In this document: positions 53,786-64,000 of the stretch, in pieces
How positions within the stretch are numbered: position 1 is the first letter of the stretch
How the letters are laid out: the number at the start of each line of letters is the position of its first letter
DNA from: Trichoplax adhaerens
Lineage: Eukaryota > Animalia > Placozoa
NCBI RefSeq assembly: GCF_000150275.1
Contig: NW_002060943.1
Coordinates: forward strand, 3,802,008-3,866,007
Reading direction: 5' to 3'
Length of the DNA stretch: 64,000 bases
Translations under genes and position numbers: made by a program
Notes under the pieces: generated by a model
The model's database searches: none
Told to the model about the DNA's origin: nothing
What the model saw: the letters and a program-made list of their open reading frames with translations, nothing else

Positions 53786-54773
53786 TGTCACAAAACAGCT
53801 TTGCAACAAGATAACGTAGTATACGATCAATAAGTCAATTCCTTGAACTACGTATCAAGGAACGATATCTTGTCACAACCCTCACTTGTGGCAAAGGAAA
53901 GAACTCTAGTGTAGTTACTTAAAACTTGGGCTATTTCTCCCAGTACTTTCAGTTTCTATGAGAGAAGTATTTGAGAACTCGATTTCTCGGCTGATCTCCA
54001 CAGACAACTAATTATTACACTATTCTTCACGATATGAGTCTTGCCGTTTCTTGAGCAATTACTTTTTTTATTCTACAAACACACGCGCTTAAATAGGTTT
54101 CTACAGTGAATTCCAATATTAACGAGTGAGAATTCATGCTTTACAAGTTACATTAATTAGTATAATACCATTACTAAATATACATGTCGATATTCTCAGA
54201 CTTAGATAGCTACAAGCTATCAGGTGTTAAGACGCTTAACCTTCATCCATATACAGCTCAATTTTTAGAGATTAACATACCTTAGTATTTTACGTTAAAC
54301 ACTAAGTTGGACAATCCTTCTTTATTTCACGATATACTGCATTTATATACTACTCCTCAATAGTTCATGAGTCATAGTTAATAAAATTAACATTAGAATC
54401 ATTTACTGAATTAGATATTAATTTTAGCTACTGCTCCCTTAATGCAGACAACAGTATTTACGAACATAGACATGTAATGACTAATACAGAATAGTCAGAT
54501 TACGATATGTCCTATCACGGAACATTTCCATGATAATTTACAATCTAGCATAAGTAAATTACAATCACAATGATTCGAACTGTAAGCAGATGATTTGCAT
54601 TCCCTATTATAACTATTAATTTCAGTATGTGTATAAGTGTCACTGTCATAAAAAGTCAGTGCTATATTAAAACATAGTATATCCAAATTAGAAGTTAACT
54701 AAATAAGGATAGTCTAATAGAATTATCCTAACATAGATATTTCTACTGTAATACAGTATATAACACTGTAACA
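53786..54773 (-). mobile_element. Solo LTR, family B copy 4, interrupted by a nested element
   Basis: TGTCACA...TGTAACA, flanks CCTAC/CCTAT. Family B homology at 53786-53870 and 54285-54773. Confidence 0.9.
53871..54284 (-). mobile_element. Nested, one-end-truncated LTR of a different family inside B copy 4
   Basis: Begins TGTCACAACC exactly where B homology breaks. Minus strand has TATTTAA then AATAAA (about 54095 to 54067). The other end and about 57 bp of the host LTR are missing. Confidence 0.75.
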
Positions 54774-56057
54774 CCTATATCTTATGCTTGTATCATCATA
54801 ATGCACAGTATTTTTAAATTCAAAAGAATCTTTAGTTTTGGGATAACCATTTCATACAGAGTACTTTACATATACGAAGAAACAGATGGTTGGCATCTAT
54901 AGGACGGAAGTTCATTGTTTGGAGAAACTATGTTAAGCACGAATACATATTCTCTGACCTTTTGTCCACCGCTCTAGAAAATATAAATAATGTCAATGAA
55001 TTTAGCAAATTTTAGATATTAGGTAACCTATTAGATATTATACTTAATAAACTATTAAGAGATCGCATGGGAACTTAATGCATTGAGCTCTACGAGAATA
55101 GATTGCCGAGGGATAATTTTACGATCCGGCTGGTAAATTATATTGTTTTAAATTCATGCAGCTGATCGGAGAAAATAATGATGTACGGTGTTATTGCTCA
55201 TTCGTAATTATGATTGCAACTTAACTAATAATAATATAGTCGAGTTTATTTAATATTCCATTAATTAATGTCAACTATTGAGACGATTCTTAATATACTA
55301 CAAAACCAACATCGATAAAAAAGGAGAATTTTTGATAAATTACTAGCAATTTAGCTTCGCTTATATAGAAACTTTCATTTAATTTGCCTTTGACCTAGAC
55401 ATGGGGTGCGAACGTATACGAAATTGCAAGAACAGAACGTTTACTCTGTTCAGGTATCTATCTCTAATAAGCTTCGCTTTTTTTCTATTAATTTATTGCG
55501 AAGAACAAGTTCAAATTACTAGGGTAAGCATTTTCTGTAACTTTATATTAAACTCTTTAAATTATCTAATAAACATATACATCACTAGCAAAAGATGGTA
55601 AGAGTATAGCAGTAGTAGGTATCTTTAATTTCAATTAGCTGGGGTGTAAGTCAGAAATTCATTTATAGGCCTCATAGAAACATCTTTACGGTCTAAAATA
55701 CAATTTTTTTAAAGACGAGAATAGCATTTCTTAGTCAAATATACTATATGACTGATTAGCTGTCAGTGCTTATCCATTAAAACTATTCGGATAGTGAAGT
55801 TATCACCTATCTAACAAATAAACGAACGTTCGCTTTCCACTGGGCTCCTTTTTAATCTTAGAGTTCAAATAAAAAATGAATGATGTATTGAATAGGAAAA
55901 AAGTAACAATACTCTTACTAAAAAAACTGAAAATCAATGAAAATCTTAATTTGAAGCTGTAATTATGACAGATCCATTTCAATTCTAGGCTCCTAACTTT
56001 AGCCAATCTATTTTTTTGTAATGTTTGATTAAAATTATGCCATGAAGCAAAAGGCTA

Positions 56058-56812
56058 ATTACTCATACGAAATTAACTATGATATTATGTTTACTTCATT
56101 AATCAAACTCATCAACTAGTAGTATGTGTATAATTACATTTAAATACAATTTAATTATAAGACCTTTATAGCTACTCCTTCGCTTTACACGTAACTTATT
56201 TATCTTTCTTAAATCGGTGATGATTAGCTATGATTTATTCATTTAAAGTAGTCTCACAGCACTCTCCGATTCTAATGCATGTCAACCCAGTCACCGATAT
56301 CAAATCTCAGATTACTCATCAAAGATCAACTATGATATTACATTTATATCATTAATTAAGCTTACCAACTAGCTGTACGAGTATAATTAAATTTTGATAC
56401 TATTTCATTATTTACAGCTACCCCTTCGCTTCATATCTAATCTATTTATCGTCCTTAAATCGATTACGACTAACTACAATTTATTTATTTAAAATAGTCT
56501 GCCAGCACTTTCCGATTCCAAAGATTTTCAATACAGTGATCAATATTCAGTCTCAAATTACTCATAGGAGATCAACTATGATACGAGTATAATATTAACA
56601 TCATTAATTAAGTCACTAAGTAGTTGTACGTGTATAATTAATTTTTGATATAATTTAATTATGAGACCAGTATAGCTGCTCCTTCGCTTTACATGCAACC
56701 TATTTATCTTCCTTAACTCGATGATAATCAACCGTAATTTATTTATTTAACTAGTCTATCAGTACTTTTCCGGCTCTAAAGCATTTTAATACAGTCATCA
56801 ATAATAAGCCTC
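56058..56812. repeat. Tandem array, 3 diverged units of about 250 bp
   Basis: ATTACTCAT...AACTATGATA at about 56058, 56311 and 56557. GTATAATTA, CCTTCGCTT and TATTTATC recur in each unit. Confidence 0.9.
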
Positions 56813-58203
56813 AATAATAATATTCCAATCCTAAATAAGTGCTTCACAAGCATGTGCTACTTATCTTGCATACGGTCAAAGTCGCTTAATTCTAAACAGA
56901 AACAAAAGAAGGGCTTGGGATTATCATAACTTAAAATAAATACTGAGCTAGAATTATCAAAGCTAGTTACATAATAGCGATAGATGTTTTAGTGCTACAA
57001 AGTGTTGATTAACAATATCTATTATACTGTAATTAGATCTTAATTATACTTATATAATATTTTTCTGATAGAAGCCAGTGATCCTCATGATAATGATCGC
57101 ATCGGTGTGGCGTTAAGAAATCTTCTCAGAAATGATTATCATTAGATGTTATTACACATATATATTATATATCTAGCCTGTGAGAAATAAATCATTTTCG
57201 ACATTATAAAATAAATCTATAGGCTAATCAAAAAATCGATGATGGTACCTATATCTAACTAGATCGTGAATTCATTTCAATCTCATTTCAACTATTAAAT
57301 AATAACTCTCCTTGCCATTATGTAAGGCATTGGTTGTCTAATTATCAAGATTTAGAACTTATCATAAAAGTATCAAGGCAATTTACTCATTACTATCGAT
57401 TATCCTAGTATCTATTTTGCTATTGCATTAAACGATATCCTATTTACTGTAGCTTGCAGTGTGAAGAATACCAGCGATAGACCAAGTTTATAGTTTAATC
57501 TAACCCATTACTGGGCTACTATTGTCTTAATTGATCGTTTGTCAACAATTTAGCATATGTTTAATTAATATTTGGGTTATTGTTTATGATGTAATGGCAT
57601 TATCCTTAATACCATACATAATGTATTCAAAATAACATAATCTACGTGAGCTCTCTTATTCCGTCTATTTGTTTATCACCACGATAATAATACTGACCTT
57701 TTTCACAAGATACTGTTTCTAATAGGATCATAGCTATTCCTGGAAGCTAATTTATTATTCAAGAAATTCAAACCAGCTCTATTGACTTCGTTGCTACCAT
57801 AAGAAGCTATACCCACAACATAAAAAACATCCAGCACCACGATAATATGCATACGTAACTATTTTGAGTTTTATCAATATGTATCGTTCGCCATATTAAA
57901 ATATTCTTCTTGGAAGATAATGGTCAAGAATTAGTAACCAATTTCAATATATTATTCATAGGTTGGAATTTTAGCTGATTATCAAATTCATTAGTCGTAA
58001 GGAAACTATCGTTATAGATGGAATAAGAAGGAATCATTTGCCCTATTTCACTTCCTCATCTGTTATTTTAACGATCAAGAAGAGAAAAAAGACTACTGCC
58101 CATGTCTGAAGCAATTTTTCGCCACTAAATCATTTCAATCTATTGCCAATACCACTAAATTGCCTCTTTTCCATTATCAGTACTTCTATCAAGTGAAGCC
58201 AAG

Positions 58204-59262
58204 ATGGTCACAATTAATCAAACGAATTCTACGATAGCAAATCCAGGTATCAATCAAATTTTATCTATTTCTTTCATATCGATTGTTATTCTCATAGGAA
58301 GCATAGGGAATTCTATCAACATTTACTTTATTTACAAGATACCATCATTACACAGCTACAACAATATGCTTATAGCCCATCTAGCTGTGGCTGATTTCTT
58401 GCAAGCAACTTTAACATTACCCATGGCCATTGCTAATTCTTTATTAAGACATGCCATTCCACCAGCTATGTGTCAAGCGTTCGCTTTTATACTCAATTTT
58501 CTTCTCGCCATTGCATTAGCAGCAACGGCAGCCATTAGCATCGATCGCTGCCTTGCTGTTATTTATCCCTATCAATACCAGGCTAAAATGAAAACGAACT
58601 ACATTATCATGATTGTCATATTCATATGGATACTAGCAGCAGTTTTGGCCGGAACGCCATTACTTGGTTTACAACGATACGGTTTAGGAGAATATACCTT
58701 CATCGCTGATGGTCTACAATGTTGGTTTGATTTTCAATATCGTCAAAGAAGTAGTATTATATTTATCATTTTATATATCTACTTGCTATTAACCATCTTA
58801 ACAACCCTAGTTTCCTATTTGATTATTTTCTGTATTGCCTACAATAAAGGTATCGCTGACATATCTGCAGTCGGTTATGCATCATTACGACGCTCTATCA
58901 GGACGACTGCATTAATTGTTGGCAGCAATTTTGCATGTTTTATACCAACATTAATATCAGTATCTATAAGTTATTTCTCTCAACGTGAATTAAATCCAGG
59001 TTTAACCGTTGCAGCCTACCTTTTATCATTCTGTAATTCAGCGATTAATCCACTTATTTATGCCTTCACCAATGGAATCCTTCGCCAAAAAATTAAGCAG
59101 CATTGTTGTTGCTCAAAGAAGCGATATTGTCTTACAAAATTTGGACTATATAGAACCTCAAAAATTACACCAAGCAATACCGCAGCTGGTCAACCAGCTG
59201 CTAAAAGCGACAGCGAACCAAGCTACTGGCAAACTGTTATAAATGATTATGAATCATCGTAA
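58204..59262 (+). CDS. Class A orphan GPCR, paralog 6, 352 aa
   Basis: GN, HLAVAD, CQAFAF..SIDRC, W, PLLGLQRYGLGEY, CFIP, NSAINPLIY. CCC after helix 8 (typical palmitoylation position). Confidence 0.96.
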   Translation: MVTINQTNSTIANPGINQILSISFISIVILIGSIGNSINIYFIYKIPSLHSYNNMLIAHLAVADFLQATLTLPMAIANSLLRHAIPPAMCQAFAFILNFLLAIALAATAAISIDRCLAVIYPYQYQAKMKTNYIIMIVIFIWILAAVLAGTPLLGLQRYGLGEYTFIADGLQCWFDFQYRQRSSIIFIILYIYLLLTILTTLVSYLIIFCIAYNKGIADISAVGYASLRRSIRTTALIVGSNFACFIPTLISVSISYFSQRELNPGLTVAAYLLSFCNSAINPLIYAFTNGILRQKIKQHCCCSKKRYCLTKFGLYRTSKITPSNTAAGQPAAKSDSEPSYWQTVINDYESS

Positions 59263-61772
59263 AAGTATGGCATATTTCTACATTAATTAAATCACCGACA
59301 TAGCAGATCCTTTACAGAATATGACAATTCATATTATACCGATAGAAACTGCTCTATGATGGATGTATTATCATTAGTTAATACAACGACGGTTACATTT
59401 ACAGTACTCAAATTTAGCAATTTATTCCACTTCAATTATCTAGTGCTGATTAATATCACACTTTCGGATTATATAGTAATTAACGATGGTTATGATATAT
59501 TGCAGAATATCAAATCGATTGAGACACACATATGATGAATATCGAACACAGATACCAATGTGTATATATATCACACTGAATATATTGTGTATTTATTATG
59601 ATTAAATTTATATAAAATATAGGAAAGAGTAGTAAAAGTATCCAGTAGTTTTATCGATTAAAACCAATCTGTATCATTAGCATTAATCTTCGATAAAGAA
59701 TTTGGAGAACAAAGTCTGCATTTAGTACTGGTGAATTATGATCATATTTTGGAATAAACTTTAATATCATAGAACTTCAGTAATAGTGACAATATGCTTT
59801 AGACTATACATTTGATAAAAATGACACTGGTAATCTTTGCCAATGTTAAAGCCATTACGAAGTAAAAGATGTTATAGCAAAGCTAATACCAAATAATTAC
59901 AGAAAATGACATAGAAACATAATTGACTAACTCAATATCTTTCGATTATAATCGGAATCGATCAATACTACTATCTCTACCAAGCATAATTTTGAAATTA
60001 AAATGCTTTTATCTAATACAGGATAGAAAAGGATAATATTTACATGAATACTCCCTTTCACTGACTAGAAAAAGAATAAAAAAACTTGTCTTTATATCTA
60101 AATAACTTTCTATGCCAGTAGACATAATCACTTGTCTTATGTAGTGTAATAAATTCACTGTGCACTTAAAGGCTATAATAATTCACTTAATATCACAACA
60201 GCATTTAACCTCCATCCTTGCGTAATGATGACATAGAGTTAAATTAATATAAGAATTCGGGCTTAAAAATTAAGTTTACTTTACAGCCAAACCAATTTAA
60301 ATAGCTTTGAAATTGCCATTATTGCTAATTATATGTACAAGCAAGCAATACGATTTAAAATACTGATGCACTCTTCAGATCTTATAATCTTCACTGATAT
60401 GCAAGTTATTTTATCAATGACCAATGCAATGGTTTTATGATGAGTAAACTTTTATTTATAACCGACTTTGTGTCCCAAAATCTATCATAAGCAAACTCAT
60501 GGACAGTATGGCACTGATAATATTAACGTAGTGGGCATCTAATATTAGAGTATACAAGATAGGGATCAACAAGAACCAACTAAGTTGCATAATTTGTGAC
60601 TGTAACACCTATTAAATTCAGAAAATCATTGGAGATAATACTAAAATTCTAAGCAAAACTCTACAAGTGAATATCCTCTCATCTGTCTAAATGTATCATT
60701 AAGCTAAAATTCTAGCTCCTAAAGACAATTCAAACTTTAGCTCTATAGGATAAAAGGCAAGAAAGTATCTATTAATCTGATTATTGGCTTCTAGATCTAA
60801 ATAAAATGATATTTATTTATGCCTTATTATATATCAGTTATTAATAGATATTACCAGCCCCAATAGAAGCAGTTTACTAACAGATTGCACTACTCAAAAC
60901 TGCAGTATCAGCTTTAACTGAACAATAATTCCACCTCTTCCTTTCATGTACTTCCTTGCCACAATCAAATTTATTATTTTCGCAATAGAAATTATTTCCT
61001 TTCAAGTAAATGCCAGATAAAAGAAAATCTTTATTATAGATTTTTTGTTGCAACTATGCCTAACTTACATTGCTGTTAATCTGGTGATTTCCAAACCTTT
61101 AAGTATATAGCAGTTGAATTTCGCTGTCATATAGTACGACCCTGAGTGTTCCATTTGAAACCATGTAATTTTTAAAAATTTATCAATTAAAAGGGACACA
61201 CCTTGCACACATAATGATAGGATAAATAGAATACGTCAATTAGTATTTATAACGCTGAATAAATATTATTTTTAATCATATATTTTACAGTCTATAGGCT
61301 ATCCTATCTATCCCTCCTGAAAGTTTTCTGTCTGCTTGTCTATCGGTAATACATACCATCTTCACGAGAAAAATATAATAACTGTTATTTATAGACTCAC
61401 AACATTAACCTTGAGAAGTCTTTAAAAGGCCGAAGTTGTTCTTAATATTAGAACTAAGAGTCATTGTAATACGTATAGTTAAGTTTACGTAAAGGCTTCC
61501 CCAAAAATAGAAAGTTAAACGCTAAAGTTGTCACACCTATTTTTAGCGCGTCTGATATATTAATTGCTAGAGATAGATTAATCAAAGATGCAGTTTTATG
61601 TAATAAAGTACCGTACGTAAGAACCATATTAATCATTCGCTGGTATAGGGTAAAAAGATGTTTCATACGTTCCAAACTAGTGAACTACAAATTTGTAACT
61701 GCTTCGAACACTTCTAAAATATAGAACTTGGTATATCACTATTACGGAACTACGTTTCCGATATTAAGGTTA

Positions 61773-62215
61773 TGTTACAGAAGTTATTTCATACTGATCA
61801 TGTAGCGTAGTATTTACAGTTTTAATAAGATACTTGTTCAGGCAGGAATTCTTGCCAAGCTCATACTAAGAGCTATATTTTTTAACTCGTTATAATTTCT
61901 TACCGTATTTAAGTTAAAAATACGGTTGGACTAGGTTATAATCTGTCATATTTGTAATGCTTTACCTGCGTTGACCTCTTTTGATTGGATGTATGCTGTT
62001 GACTTGCTTTATGCTATCTTATTTTAAGTCTAAGTATAATAGCTAGTTATTGTTGGTTATTATTTTATTGCTTTTTCTTTTTGTTATAGATTGCTAGTGA
62101 AAACTACTAAAATAAAGTCGTAACCTAGAGTATGTTGTACTTTTTGCGACTATTCTTTTGAGGCTATCTAGAAGGGTAGTTCTAGATATTTTAAGCTACG
62201 TAGATAGTTGTGACA
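61773..62215 (+). mobile_element. Candidate old solo LTR
   Basis: TGTTACA...TGTGACA ends, 443 bp, AATAAA at about 62111. No matching TSD and the left boundary is uncertain. Confidence 0.3.
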
Positions 62216-62717
62216 AGGACTCTCTCATAATAGAAAAACTTCTTATCCAAAGTCATTACTATAAAATACTATCAAAATAGCTGAAAAATATGCGTAAGGT
62301 TTGTAAAGAATATAGAGATACACGCTATAAGTTATATCCCTGCTGTTCAAAGAATTCATGCTAAAATGGAATAATTTAAGTGATAGCTTTATCAAATTTT
62401 ATCATACTTTATATTTAAACTATATGGAATATAGAGGAAAGAATATAGAAATTATTATAGAGATAAAAGTTGTATCTCTACCGTTTAGCAAGTTCATACC
62501 GTATGTAAACTAGAATAGAATAACTGAAGTGATAATGCTGTCAAATTATGATCATAGTTTACATCTAAAGTATGCTTTGATACAAAACTTGATAATCAAA
62601 ATACATTAGAAACCATCTAATCCTACACCTTATGGATCACTATCGATTGGGTACTAGGTTAATACAGAGTATGAGTAAAGCGATAATTGGCTATCGCAAT
62701 TATTCAAGAGTTTTCAT

Positions 62718-63081
62718 TACGCTTATAAATTATAGAGACGCTTCAACAAAGAAGATTTAGTAATTCTCAACTTTTCGGTTAAGTAAAAGCTAAATTCTCT
62801 ATGTACATCAATATAACAGCTCTGTTTTCAGCTGCAGAGTCAGTTATACTCCTTTTCGATTATACTTTTCAATACTGCAGTAGAATAGAGACTCTAAATG
62901 CTAGGCAATCACGTCACCGTATGCTTATATATTATGGAGACACTTCAATGGAGAGGATTTAGTAATTCTCAGCTTTTTCGATAAGTAAAAGAAGCTGAAT
63001 TCTCTGTGTACTGTACATCGGCATAATAGCTCTATTTTCAGTTGTAGACTTAGTTATAGTCCCTTCTGATTATACTTTTTA
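62718..63081. repeat. Diverged tandem duplication, about 202 bp period
   Basis: GCTTATA.ATTAT.GAGAC.CTTCAA, GATTTAGTAATTCTCA, AATTCTCT.TGTAC and GATTATACTTTT each occur twice in register. Confidence 0.85.
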
Positions 63082-64000
63082 GTAAATTATTATAGTACAT
63101 TACTGTACTTTCAAAAATAACCTCCAGAGCAGCGCGGGTTTTTTTTTTTTAAATCTTTGTTTAACCAGATTCATCTTTTGCGTTACTATTATAATATTCT
63201 AAATTTAACATAAAGATAATCTCATACCTATAGTAACTACATCAGAATTATTGATAGCCACAAAAATTAATACATATCTACGCATTAATCAGTACTTTAA
63301 AACATAATTATTTATATAATCACAGGATAAGACGACAAATAATTGACTTCTAAGATCTGAAATAATTTCAATCATAGTCCTCGCAAATATCACATTGGTA
63401 GGAATATAAGCATAGCAAGGGAATTTTCATCAAGCAACCTATCCAGAATTTAGAGGATATGGTTGAGGATGTTATACTTCAGAGGATTCCATTTAGTCTT
63501 GCTAATCATAGCACTAATTTACCGTCAAGCAATCCATACAGAAATTAGAGAATATAGCTTAAGATGTCGTATTTTACAGTATTCTATTTAGCCTAGCAAA
63601 TCACAGTGCTGATCTACTATTGCTATTCGACTAATTTAGGATGATATAAAGATAAAATATGTAGTAACCAATAGTCTCACCAACAATAATATTATTATAG
63701 CTATAGCACCTGATTTCTTAATGCTGTTCAATTGCTCGGCGTAGGTGTACGCATTGAAAATATTTTTCGTTACACTCTTCTTTTACCCCTTAAATATTGC
63801 ATGAAGGAGCGTCTAGTAAAGTTAGTATAATAATTTTCTGTTGTATGGTATTAAGAATAGCATACATACTCGTGTTAGTGTGAACTAAAGGTATTCCTTT
63901 CCTATTTTAACACTCCATCCACTTATAATTTCGTAAAGACTCCATTACTGAAAGTTAATGCTGACCAGTTCTACTAATTAAATTCCTTTGATCTCAGCTA

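Noticed and set aside
9068-59242. Short ORFs overlapping GPCR CDSs (9068, 9509, 17489, 30049, 30422, 50663, 59009)
   Set aside because: Alternate-frame or antisense shadows of real coding sequence.

Overview
This is AT-rich (visually about 70% AT) eukaryotic DNA, most likely from an animal. The receptor family and gene layout would fit an early-branching metazoan such as a placozoan, but that is inference only. The only convincing protein-coding content is a dispersed cluster of six paralogous class A (rhodopsin-like) GPCR genes with intronless CDSs, spaced about 7-13 kb apart (five on +, one on -). One of them (42.0-43.1 kb) has an in-frame TGA at a conserved Gly and has lost the TM6 proline, so it is probably a young pseudogene. 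All six share an unusual signature: an SIRTTALIVGT(N)-like TM6 start, no Pro5.50, a polar residue at 6.44, opsin-like TM3/ECL2 motifs and no retinal-binding lysine. The intergenic DNA holds at least 14 solo-LTR-like elements from 5 families, plus one nested element of a sixth type. They have TG...CA ends and 4-5 bp target-site duplications. Several older LTR-like relics and many local tandem duplications (about 95-470 bp units) are also present. No internal gag/pol, RNA gene or CRISPR array was seen. The best leads are the remodelled GPCR activation switch, the antisense bias of LTRs inside the cluster (the single sense copy sits just upstream of the broken gene), and the shared hairpin/AP-1/TATA/AATAAA design of two LTR families. 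I did not find evidence for a clearly new multi-gene system beyond these leads.
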